NCBI GenBank assembly: GCA_025963715.1
Contig: JAOQAG010000019.1
Span: 15,330 to 79,329, forward strand
Direction: 5' to 3'
DNA: 64,000 nucleotides
Origin: Bacteroidota bacterium
GTDB taxonomy: Bacteria > Bacteroidota > Bacteroidia > 2-12-FULL-35-15
In this document: piece after piece, positions 49,653 through 58,626 of the stretch
How the letters are laid out: each line of letters opens with the position of its first letter
Numbering within the stretch: position 1 is the first letter of the stretch
The notes under the pieces: generated by a model
What the model saw: only the letters and a program-made list of their open reading frames with translations
The model's database searches: none
What the model was told of the DNA's origin: nothing
Position numbers and translations under genes: made by a program

Positions 49653-50312
49653 TTAAGCAACTGCATTTAACCTGCTTGCAGATATTTTTTTTCTTGTGTC
49701 AATTATAAAAATATGAGGATGGTTATCTAAACCAAGTTCCTGTAATACTGTTTCAACCATTTCTTTTTGTTTGTCAGTAAAATATGCTAATATAAACACA
49801 GCCTTATTTGTACTGTTAGCAGCTAAGTATATTGGTAGCTGTGCTTGTAAAGCGTGTTTAATCGTGCTTTTTCCAGCAGATGCTAATTTAAATTCTACAA
49901 CCGTTTTGTCGTTAGCACTATTACTCATCACAAAATCTGCACTACCTCTTCCATTATTTACCTCTTGATTTACGTCACAATTTACTCATCTAGTGCTAAA
50001 CCTAAATAATGTTTGAAGTAACTTTTCGTTCCCAGTACGTTTATTTCCTTTATAGAATAAATTACTACAGTTACAATTCTCTATTGTGCGTTTTAGAAAC
50101 GCAGCACATTGAAGTGTTTCTTCCAAAGAGCCTGGCTTGATCCTAAATTCACTCTTGATTATTGATAAAGATGAACTATTAGATTCCTTCGGATAATTTG
50201 GTTTCGCAGCTTGTTGTTTGTTTTCGTAGTGCATATAATATGCAACACCAGCAAGTACAACCACAACAAGTGCAAGCCCGCAAATGATAAGTGTTTTAGT
50301 ATTGTTCTTCAT
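49653..50312 (-). pseudogene. Membrane-anchored PD-(D/E)xK-type nuclease gene with a single in-frame TGA at 49986-49988
   Basis: FRFSTR*VNCDVNQEVNNGRGSADF..VVEFKLAS; both tracked ORFs share one frame. Confidence 0.72.
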
Positions 50313-50398
50313 ATTGCAAAAATATAAAATGCTTTAAATGGTTTATAAAATATTTATTTTTCTCAACTATTGCTTTTGTCATAAAATAGTTTTTAATA

Positions 50399-52414
50399 TT
50401 ATGATTTGTTGAATCCTTGCTTTTGTAATTTTAATTTTTCATAAAGTTCGAAATCCAACAGAGCTGCTATCGTATTTATATGCTTTATTGTGAACCCTTT
50501 CGGCTTATTCTTGCTGTGCAATTCTGCTTCGAGCTCTCTCCGCAGCGAATCCAATGCGGATGTGTTTTCATATTCTATTATTAAAGAAGTCATGCAATTT
50601 TCTATACACTTTTCAATCCAATTTAAGTACGGCTTCAAATCGCTTCTTCCATTTATCGGCTTTAATAAATTATCAATGCTTTCGGGATTAGATTCATAAA
50701 TTACAATTGTTTTCGAGGTTTCTTTTTCATCATTATTATCAACATTAATAGGTGGAGCAAGTGAAATTGTTTTTAATTGTGGTAATAATGGTTCAAGCTC
50801 ATCTTTTAGTGTCATATCAATAGCTGCAACTATACCTAAGTTCTCCTTTTTCCATAGAGGTTTTACATAAATTTTGGCAATAGATACAAATCCATTAAAT
50901 GATCCCCAATAATTCATTGCATAATTATAGGAAGGAATATAAAACTGTTCGCAATACCCTAACAGATCTTCAAAACTTTTATACTTTAAAACAAATACAG
51001 CAAAATTTGAAATGATTACTGACTTAATTGAGCGAATATCGAAGGCCGCTTGCTTTCCGTTTATAAAATTATAAAATGTAATCAGATCAAGTCTTTGCCT
51101 GGATTTCTCTCCAAATAGTTCCGTTACCCTGTTTCCTACATCAATAATAAGAGTATTAATATCTTCGCCAGAAACTTCCCCAAAACTATGTTTGTTCTTA
51201 TTCCATAAAAGATTAACAATATACTCATGCAGTTTTTTTTGTTCGGAGTCCAGTTTATTGGATTTATGCAAATATTTTATTTCGTCACCTTGTAAATGGT
51301 AATCTTTAAGGCACGCAGCAATATCGGCTGCAGTTGGTTCCTGGCTAGAGCTTTTGAATTGAGATAATTTCTGAGAGAAGTTTTCAATTCGTTTCTCTAT
51401 TTTTTCTATAATTTTAGTTTTGTAACTATTGTGATAATAAGAGTTTGAAACCTGGATAACTTCTCTTTGCATATCATCAATTTCAAATTGAATGCTAGGA
51501 GCAACCTTCTCCGAACTTCTATATAAAAACTGCATTAATTCAGGCATTTTAGAAGAGGTTCTTAAAATGGAATTTATATCCTCTTCAGCAATGCCTTTAG
51601 AATCCAGCAACGCCTTTACTTTTTCTGCTGGATTTATTGGCGCGTGTTTAGAAATTATGCTTTTAAGTTGAATAAATGATTTACCAACAAGATTAAGTGC
51701 ATACTCGATATTTTCCCCCTTCTTATTGTTTTTGTATTTTTTTTCTTCGGAAACGGCTAATACAGCGCTAACATATGAACGCCAAGATTTATACAATTCC
51801 CTAACCGCATTATCTATTGTAAGCTCATCATTATCTTTGATAAGCATTTTTGCAATGATGTTTGAATACAAAAGCCCTTTAAATGCATTTATAACTTCAT
51901 CTCTCTTTAATACATCAGTCGAAACACGATAATCATCCTGAACATTTATATTAAGATTACTTTTTTCACTCGATGATCCTAACTCTGAAAACGTTACAAA
52001 TTGTTTCTGATATTTTTCGATTGTCTTAGCTTCCAGGGAAGGTAAGCTCTTTGCAATGATTTGGTTCCTCTCGTTCGCATCTCTAAATACAAATACTGGT
52101 GAACAAAAATTTAAATAGATGTTATCCTTATAACCAATGACGGCTTGATCTCCTTTATTATCAATGGGGATACTATCATGTATATAGCCATTATTAATTC
52201 CAATGTAAAATATAAGCGCATCATCTTCAACAGGTAAAGATTCTGCTTCAGGCAAAAAATTGTATAATAGCAAAAGACTCTGCAACGGACTAGCCGTATT
52301 ATAGAAGAATCTTTTGCTACCAAATTTTCTCTCTTTATAGAAAGAACCAGGTGATATACTTTCACCTGAAAATATTGAATTGAAATTAAACGAGTTTACT
52401 GGTATATATAACAT
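50399..52414 (-). CDS. Large hypothetical protein coupled to the helicase
   Basis: 671 aa, starts 2 bp after the helicase stop. Confidence 0.8.
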   Translation of the reverse strand: MLYIPVNSFNFNSIFSGESISPGSFYKERKFGSKRFFYNTASPLQSLLLLYNFLPEAESLPVEDDALIFYIGINNGYIHDSIPIDNKGDQAVIGYKDNIYLNFCSPVFVFRDANERNQIIAKSLPSLEAKTIEKYQKQFVTFSELGSSSEKSNLNINVQDDYRVSTDVLKRDEVINAFKGLLYSNIIAKMLIKDNDELTIDNAVRELYKSWRSYVSAVLAVSEEKKYKNNKKGENIEYALNLVGKSFIQLKSIISKHAPINPAEKVKALLDSKGIAEEDINSILRTSSKMPELMQFLYRSSEKVAPSIQFEIDDMQREVIQVSNSYYHNSYKTKIIEKIEKRIENFSQKLSQFKSSSQEPTAADIAACLKDYHLQGDEIKYLHKSNKLDSEQKKLHEYIVNLLWNKNKHSFGEVSGEDINTLIIDVGNRVTELFGEKSRQRLDLITFYNFINGKQAAFDIRSIKSVIISNFAVFVLKYKSFEDLLGYCEQFYIPSYNYAMNYWGSFNGFVSIAKIYVKPLWKKENLGIVAAIDMTLKDELEPLLPQLKTISLAPPINVDNNDEKETSKTIVIYESNPESIDNLLKPINGRSDLKPYLNWIEKCIENCMTSLIIEYENTSALDSLRRELEAELHSKNKPKGFTIKHINTIAALLDFELYEKLKLQKQGFNKS

Positions 52415-52416
52415 GG

Positions 52417-53529
52417 TTATCTTTTAGGCCTAAAATCATTTTTTTCATATAATCCATTTGGAATTGGCTCCAAATAAGAGTGAAAGTCATTGGTGCAGGT
52501 AATGGTTAATTCCTGACTTGCCCTGGTACATGCAACATACAAAGGTGTTTTTTCTTTTATTTTTGAATTTTGCTTTGAACAAAAAGGTAAAAACACATTT
52601 TCAAATTGCAATCCTTTCGCACTATGATAAGTAAGAATTTTTGGATTATCCGTCATGAAATCTAAAGTCATAACATCTGGGTTTGCTGCAATGTCTTCTT
52701 CATCATCACTATCACTTTTTTTCTTACGATATTTTACTTCGCACGTGATATCTCTGGCAAGAAGTTCATTAAACAATCTTTCTGCTGCTTCATTATCTGG
52801 CAATAATATACCAACATCTCTTAATCCCTTAGAGGTTATCTGATTTATAATAAATTCTATTTCGGCTGTATCTGATTTACAAACCGCAATAGTTGGAATA
52901 CGTGCTCCTTCTTTTTTACATTGTGATTCTAACGGATCACTGGTTGAATTTAAATGCTGAGCAAATCGGGCAATTTTTTTAGGAAGTCTATGGTTGATCT
53001 TTAAATTACGTATTGGCAAGTTTAAAGTTGCTGCAATTTCTTCTACCGATAAAGTTTTTTCCTTTTTTTCTGTTTTGGTGGTATAATCTCTAACAGTTTT
53101 AATAGGATATAACTTTTGCGCAGTGTCACCGAATAATGCCATGGAGATAGTTGCATTTTTTTGGAATGATTCTATTTCTTCTAAAGTGAAATCTTGAACT
53201 TCATCTACAATTAAATGAGTTACAGTTGGCATGCCAGCATATTTCCACTGGTCATAAGTCATTACTTTTTTCCAGCTATCCTTTGCATATGGGTTATCCG
53301 TGAGAACATCCTTCATGAATTTTTTTAGGGCCTTAGTATATACTATTATCCGACAATCCTCGCCAGTGGCTAAAACTTCAATAGCCCTCCATATGGCAAG
53401 AATGGTTTTCCCACTCCCTGCACAACCTTTTACAACATAGGAATTATTAAGGCTCATTCGCTTGATATTGTACTGATTATCATCTAGTTCACTTTCAGAT
53501 ATGAACCAACTTTCTCTTTGTGCTGCCAT
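52417..53529 (-). CDS. Minimal superfamily-1 (UvrD-like) helicase
   Basis: GCAGSGKT, IVDEVQD, FGDTAQ, NHR, TYHSAKGLQFENV, LYVACTRA. Confidence 0.88.
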   Translation of the reverse strand: MAAQRESWFISESELDDNQYNIKRMSLNNSYVVKGCAGSGKTILAIWRAIEVLATGEDCRIIVYTKALKKFMKDVLTDNPYAKDSWKKVMTYDQWKYAGMPTVTHLIVDEVQDFTLEEIESFQKNATISMALFGDTAQKLYPIKTVRDYTTKTEKKEKTLSVEEIAATLNLPIRNLKINHRLPKKIARFAQHLNSTSDPLESQCKKEGARIPTIAVCKSDTAEIEFIINQITSKGLRDVGILLPDNEAAERLFNELLARDITCEVKYRKKKSDSDDEEDIAANPDVMTLDFMTDNPKILTYHSAKGLQFENVFLPFCSKQNSKIKEKTPLYVACTRASQELTITCTNDFHSYLEPIPNGLYEKNDFRPKR

Positions 53530-53556
53530 ATTTTTTTAAATTAAATTGTTACATTA

Positions 53557-53587
53557 TTTGACAAATATAGAAAATTTATTATATTTG
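53557..53587. promoter_or_regulatory. Overlapping divergent promoters
   Basis: Plus: TTTG(53557-60)-19 nt-TATATTTG(53580-87). Minus: CAAATATA(53562-69) reads TATATTTG. Confidence 0.65.
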
Positions 53588-53609
53588 TAACAGATTTAAA
53601 AAATAAATT

Positions 53610-53951
53610 ATGGATAACACAATTGGCAAAAATCTAAAAGCCCTCAGAGATAGCCTCGGACTTAGTCAAGAGCAGGTAGCTAATTACTTAACGATTGAGA
53701 GGGTGATGATTAGTTATTATGAAAATGGCACTCGATCAGTGCCAATACCAACTTTAATGAAGCTTGCAGATTTATTTGGGGTTGAAACAAAAGACTTATT
53801 AGAAGAAAACCAAAAACAATCTCAACTCAATAGTGCATTTGCATTTAGAGCAAGCAATGTTTCTGAAAAAGATATGGAAGTCATTGCTTCATTTAAAAGA
53901 ATAGCAAGAAATTATATTAAAGCAAAAGAAAAATTAAAATCAAATGATTGA
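53610..53951 (+). CDS. XRE-family HTH regulator
   Basis: LKALRDSLGLSQEQVA..ISYYENG..LMKLADLF; C-terminal AFR motif. Confidence 0.9.
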   Translation: MDNTIGKNLKALRDSLGLSQEQVANYLTIERVMISYYENGTRSVPIPTLMKLADLFGVETKDLLEENQKQSQLNSAFAFRASNVSEKDMEVIASFKRIARNYIKAKEKLKSND

Positions 53952-54651
53952 GCGTCTAAAAATGGAAAAAAGAGCAATTGCCTTTCGCGAAAGGTATAAT
54001 ATTGGTCCAACGGAGGCAGTAAAATATTATGATTTACTGGAACGGTTAGGAATTATCACCCTTTTTGCAGAACTATCAGATGGTGTTTCTGGAATGGCTA
54101 TTAAAGTTGATGATTATAGGTTTATGCTTATTAACCGCAATATGGTTATGGGTAAGCAACATTTCACTATTGGTCATGAACTATACCACTTGTATGAGCA
54201 GGAAGATTTTTCCTTTAAGGTATCAAGTGTTGAAAATTTTTCAAGACAGGATAAAGAGGAGTATTTAGCAGATCTTTTTGCTTCACATCTTCTTTTGCCT
54301 GGTGCAGGCATCCTTGCACTGGTGCCTGATGGAGAATTGGCAAAAAATAAAATTGACATAACTACTATTCTTAAGATAGAACAATATTTTCTATGCTCAA
54401 GGATTGCCGTTTTGTATCGTTTAAAAGAACTAGGATTAATTTCAGACGATTACTCTGAGCAGTTTAAAACGGGTATTGCAAAATCTGCTCTTGACCATGA
54501 TTACCCACGTGATTTGTACTTCGCAACAACAGAAGATAAATTTTTCGGGACTGATTACATTTCTACGATTGAAACCCTTTATGAAAAGGGCATAATGAAA
54601 GAAATTGATTATATAACCAGTATGCAAGATATTGGAATCGCTAAAATTTAA
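53944..54651 (+). CDS. ImmA/IrrE family Zn metallopeptidase
   Basis: FTIGHELYH (HExxH), E..ADLFASHLLLP. Confidence 0.9.
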   Translation: MIERLKMEKRAIAFRERYNIGPTEAVKYYDLLERLGIITLFAELSDGVSGMAIKVDDYRFMLINRNMVMGKQHFTIGHELYHLYEQEDFSFKVSSVENFSRQDKEEYLADLFASHLLLPGAGILALVPDGELAKNKIDITTILKIEQYFLCSRIAVLYRLKELGLISDDYSEQFKTGIAKSALDHDYPRDLYFATTEDKFFGTDYISTIETLYEKGIMKEIDYITSMQDIGIAKI

Positions 54652-54659
54652 TATGCTTT

Positions 54660-55214
54660 ATGACAGAACTATTACTACTCGCGGATTCCGATATACTAAT
54701 CCATTTTTTTAGAGGTAACAAATTAAAATTACTGCCTAAGATTCTTCCTAACAAGATTTGCCTGCTGGATGCCGTTGTTGCAGAGCTGCAGTATGGGAGA
54801 TCTCCGACTCTTTATGATCGGATAATGAAGGAAATTGGCAGCTCTATAATTTTGGAAAAATTTACTGACAAGCCCTTGATCTATAACGAATGGGTGAAGT
54901 TAGTACGAGCAGATATTGGCTCAGGTGAAAGTGCATGTTTAGCAATGGCTAGGTATGAAGGGCATCACATCGCGAGTTCGAATCTAAGAGATATTAACGA
55001 TTATTGTAAGGACAACAAAATCAGGGTGTACACAACTATGGACCTAATTCATGAAGCTTATACTAAAGGTCTATTAACTGAAGATGATTGTGATTCCTTT
55101 ATAATTGATGTTCTAGATGCAGGTAGCAGACTTCCCTGCAGCACATTTGCTGAATACCTTGCAAAACATGCATCCAAAAGTCCCTGGCGGTCATATGACA
55201 GGAGAGTTGCATAA
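54660..55214 (+). CDS. PIN-domain protein
   Basis: LLADSDILIHF, VVAEL, GSGESACLA, IASSN..D. Confidence 0.78.
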   Translation: MTELLLLADSDILIHFFRGNKLKLLPKILPNKICLLDAVVAELQYGRSPTLYDRIMKEIGSSIILEKFTDKPLIYNEWVKLVRADIGSGESACLAMARYEGHHIASSNLRDINDYCKDNKIRVYTTMDLIHEAYTKGLLTEDDCDSFIIDVLDAGSRLPCSTFAEYLAKHASKSPWRSYDRRVA

Positions 55215-55217
55215 AAA

Positions 55218-55436
55218 TTACTTATCGGCCAGTAGCTTGTTGCTAATTTCAGCTTGTTCTTCAGTTGCTTTATTTAAAGCCTTTTTTAATTTCTCTATGT
55301 CAGCTATTATAGCTTCAGGCTCTTCTTCAGCGGCAACTCTTTGATACATAGATTCTATTTCTTTTGTTGCATTAATGGAAATAACAGATAACGCATCCAG
55401 TCTTTTTTTTAAAGATTTTAGTTGTCGTAAGTTCAT
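55218..55436 (-). CDS. Small coiled-coil hypothetical protein
   Basis: 72 aa, follows the XRE gene by 5 bp. Confidence 0.6.
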   Translation of the reverse strand: MNLRQLKSLKKRLDALSVISINATKEIESMYQRVAAEEEPEAIIADIEKLKKALNKATEEQAEISNKLLADK

Positions 55437-55441
55437 ATTCG

Positions 55442-55657
55442 CTAAAAAGTCAATAAATCATTTACACTAACATCCAATGCTTGCGCAATTTTAAACAATG
55501 TCTTTAGTGTTGGATTTGTTTTACCTGCTTCAATACGCTGCATATTTGGCTTTTCAAAATCACAGGCATGTGCCAGCATTACCTGGCTTATTTTATGTTC
55601 CACACGAATCCGCTTAATATTAAGCCCTACTTTCTTTATATACTCCTGGTCAGTCAT
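55442..55657 (-). CDS. Small XRE-family HTH regulator
   Basis: GLNIKRIR..ISQ..LA..MQRIEAGKTNPTLKTL.KIA.AL. Confidence 0.9.
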   Translation of the reverse strand: MTDQEYIKKVGLNIKRIRVEHKISQVMLAHACDFEKPNMQRIEAGKTNPTLKTLFKIAQALDVSVNDLLTF

Positions 55658-55697
55658 TCATTTGCTTTGGAGATTAATATTAGCCTTATTGGTTGAA

Positions 55698-55727
55698 AAA
55701 ATAGTTATCATTAATGATAACTATTTT
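55698..55727. promoter_or_regulatory. Perfect 30-bp palindrome, candidate operator
   Basis: AAAATAGTTATCATT/AATGATAACTATTTT between divergent genes. Confidence 0.6.
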
Positions 55728-55794
55728 AAAATTTAATTTATATTTGTCGGATTAGAATTAATAAAAGGATAAACCGATTTAATATTTAAACGAT

Positions 55795-56205
55795 ATGGGC
55801 ATAATCACAGACATTCAGGTCAATTCCATGTTAGATAGCATCAAGGAATACCAGGAAGAAATCAGGAAGGCAAATGAATTCATTAATTCAATTATATACG
55901 AAGGATCAGTTGATCTTAAGATTGGAAGTAATCTCATGGATAGTTTGATTGACCTTATGGAAATCGCATTTAATGATGAAGATGGGCTTTTTGTATGGTA
56001 TATTTTTGAAAACGAATTTGGCAAAAACAAACTCACAAGAAAAATTGATGGAGATGAAGTAAATATAGATTCAGCAAGAAAAATATTAGATAGACTCTCT
56101 AAACATACAGAATATGTCAATAATCTAGATGAACTTAGATTACAAAACTTGCAGCAAGAGAAAGAAAGAAAATCCAAAAGGAGAGTAGCAAAAAGTAAAA
56201 GTTGA
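55795..56205 (+). CDS. Hypothetical protein
   Basis: 136-aa ORF with TAnnTTTG upstream. Confidence 0.65.
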   Translation: MGIITDIQVNSMLDSIKEYQEEIRKANEFINSIIYEGSVDLKIGSNLMDSLIDLMEIAFNDEDGLFVWYIFENEFGKNKLTRKIDGDEVNIDSARKILDRLSKHTEYVNNLDELRLQNLQQEKERKSKRRVAKSKS

Positions 56206-56212
56206 ATAATGC

Positions 56213-56548
56213 TTATTGAAATACTTCCAAAGCATCCTCCATACGATTAGACTTGCAAAACATAACAAGTCTCTCTAAAGCTATTTTATATACTTCGTGA
56301 ACCTTTTTTTGTTCATCAGTATATGCTAATGGATCAACCAGTAAGAACGCTTTATTCCCTTGTATTATTTGACCTGTTTCAAGAGCGTCCAGAAATTTTT
56401 TTAAAACAATATAGTGTTGCTCGGATTTTTTTTCAATTTTCGCCATCAGATCCCACCTATTAGCCCATTCATAATCTTGTGAATTAGAGATGTTTAAAGC
56501 CAAGCCGAAATGCCAGATTAATGTTATTTCAAGTTTTTGCGTATCCAT
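56213..56548 (-). CDS. Hypothetical protein
   Basis: 111-aa ORF. Confidence 0.6.
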   Translation of the reverse strand: MDTQKLEITLIWHFGLALNISNSQDYEWANRWDLMAKIEKKSEQHYIVLKKFLDALETGQIIQGNKAFLLVDPLAYTDEQKKVHEVYKIALERLVMFCKSNRMEDALEVFQ

Positions 56549-56752
56549 ATCTCAAAAGTACTATTTATTCATAGGATCTTAATTAATTCAAAAAGTTAAA
56601 AGCTAAATTATTTAACAATTCCACTATGTTTATTTATAACAATGGCAATGGTTTCCCTTATTATGAGCGACTAATCTAGAAATCAGCACTAAAATTGAAA
56701 ATCGGCATTTATTTTCAATTTATATTCTATATTTGATAAATATTCCCTATTT

Positions 56753-57274
56753 ATGAAAAGTATAGATATTGAAAGTATTAGGTCTTTTGATCTTATAAAT
56801 AAAAATCTTTTAAATACTTGGGCAGATGCTTGTTCTGTCCTTTTAGAATATAGAAAACATAAAACTCCAGTTAATTTTAAAATTGAAGGGCCTATAAATA
56901 GTGCGACTAAGTTAAAATGGCAATCTTTGAAAAATAAAGTAGGATATGAGGATTTGGAGTCAACTGCTGAATTTGCAGGATATGGAATGGGATTATTAAT
57001 TGTAATATCTCTTGCTGACTTGAAGCCTGTAAGCAGAAGAGCGAAGGGCGATGGGGTTGATATTGTTTGCTCAAAAACAATAACAGATAATGATAATTTC
57101 TTAAATACGACAACTGAAGATTATCTTGTAGAAGCAAAAGGATCTAGAAATAAATCAGCAGTAAAGAAACATTTAAAAGCTGGAATTAAGCAAAGTATAA
57201 AAGCTCCAGGGAATGTGTATGTTGTGTCAACAGAATTTGAAACACCTTCAGCGTTAACACACTTTAGAAAATGA
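56753..57274 (+). CDS. Putative PD-(D/E)xK nuclease
   Basis: ESTAEFAGYG..KGDGVDI..LVEAKG; promoter TATATTTG at 56728. Confidence 0.6.
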   Translation: MKSIDIESIRSFDLINKNLLNTWADACSVLLEYRKHKTPVNFKIEGPINSATKLKWQSLKNKVGYEDLESTAEFAGYGMGLLIVISLADLKPVSRRAKGDGVDIVCSKTITDNDNFLNTTTEDYLVEAKGSRNKSAVKKHLKAGIKQSIKAPGNVYVVSTEFETPSALTHFRK

Positions 57275-58443
57275 AAACAGCAAAAGATTTTCACGAAAAG
57301 GCTATGTCTCTTTACGAGGAGTCCCTTGTTGCAAAATATAAGGTCTCAGATAAGAAACGAATTGAATTGTTAAAACAAGCATTTGAATTTGAAAAGAAGG
57401 CCGCATATTTATTAATAGATAGATTCGATTTAGAGCCCACAAGAAGTAAATTGTTTGCTAGTTCTGCTACAATGGCCTACCAACTTTTAGAATTTAGAGA
57501 AAGTGAAAAAATGGTTGCCCATGGTTTAGCTGGTGACCCTCCTGAGGATATTTTAGAAGAATTAAGAGATTTATTTGATAAAGTAAATTTTTATAGACAT
57601 CTCACTACCAGAGGAATTGAATTGTCGGGCGATGAATTTAGATTTACTTTGGGCAGTGGTGATGAAATTATGAAAGGCCTTGCAAAAGGGGATGAAGTTA
57701 TTCCGAGAATAATGGGAATTGAAGCTTTATATTCTCGTACAGTAGAACGAATGAATAAAAGGCCTTATAGGTTGCATGGCAGATTACCTGCAGAGGATAA
57801 TAATATCGTTCAAATGTATTATAAAACGCCTGTTGCTGCGAGTTTTGCTATCATTTTCAAAATTCCTCGTATGAAAGAAATAGGACAACCTGAAATTCCT
57901 GCTATGGAAACTGCCATTCCATACGTTGATGAAATGCTTGAATGCATGGACTTGGTTAATAATGGGAAAATAAAAGAACTTAAAGACAGAATTTCTGATG
58001 AATCTTATTTTCAAAGTTTCATTATTAATGCTAGAAAAATAGCTCCAGATGGTAGCAATGTGAAACAGGTAGGATTTACTGTTTATCGAAATAACAAAGA
58101 GGAAATTCATCCTTTTGATAAGATACAGGCAGACATTGCATTAGAAAATGCATTTATTGGAATTAAAGGAGAAGATATTAAAGAAAAAGATAAAATTGTT
58201 GTTTCTGGAATTCTGCTAGCTTCAGATACTCCTAAAAAACATATAACTTTAGTGGAAGAAATACAAGAATACAAGAAAAACGGAAAGCCTAAGAAATTGA
58301 AAATAAAACGGCACAAAATCAAATTTGCCAACGAAGCTCAAAGAGAGCTAGTTCGTTTGTACTATGAAGAATCTGTTTCAGTGGAAGTGTATAGATATAA
58401 AAATAATCATTTAGAGTTTATTGATTTAAAGCCAACATTTTAG
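57271..58443 (+). CDS. Hypothetical protein: N-terminal helical-repeat domain plus uncharacterised C-terminal region
   Basis: HEKAM..AFEFEKKAA..EPTRS..A..GDPPEDILEELRDL; ATGA overlap with the nuclease gene. Confidence 0.75.
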   Translation: MKTAKDFHEKAMSLYEESLVAKYKVSDKKRIELLKQAFEFEKKAAYLLIDRFDLEPTRSKLFASSATMAYQLLEFRESEKMVAHGLAGDPPEDILEELRDLFDKVNFYRHLTTRGIELSGDEFRFTLGSGDEIMKGLAKGDEVIPRIMGIEALYSRTVERMNKRPYRLHGRLPAEDNNIVQMYYKTPVAASFAIIFKIPRMKEIGQPEIPAMETAIPYVDEMLECMDLVNNGKIKELKDRISDESYFQSFIINARKIAPDGSNVKQVGFTVYRNNKEEIHPFDKIQADIALENAFIGIKGEDIKEKDKIVVSGILLASDTPKKHITLVEEIQEYKKNGKPKKLKIKRHKIKFANEAQRELVRLYYEESVSVEVYRYKNNHLEFIDLKPTF

Positions 58444-58452
58444 GCTTACCCC

Positions 58453-58509
58453 AATATGAGCACAAAAAAAGAGGAATCTACTTGATTCCTCTTTTTTTGT
58501 GCTCATATT
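58453..58509. terminator. Perfect 26-bp-stem hairpin, probably a bidirectional terminator
   Basis: AATATGAGCACAAAAAAAGAGGAATC-TACTT-GATTCCTCTTTTTTTGTGCTCATATT. Confidence 0.7.
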
Positions 58510-58626
58510 TACTTTACTTCAAGATTTAGTAGTTAATAAAAATTTGCTGCTAAACATTTGAAAGAACACCCAGGCTTAGCAAATACTTGGATTATAAGTT
58601 ATCTTTACTACAAAAAACAACATAAT

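Noticed and set aside
49986-49988. Selenocysteine or genetic-code reassignment of TGA
   Set aside because: Not at a Cys-type redox motif, no SECIS evident, and TGA acts as a normal stop in neighbouring genes
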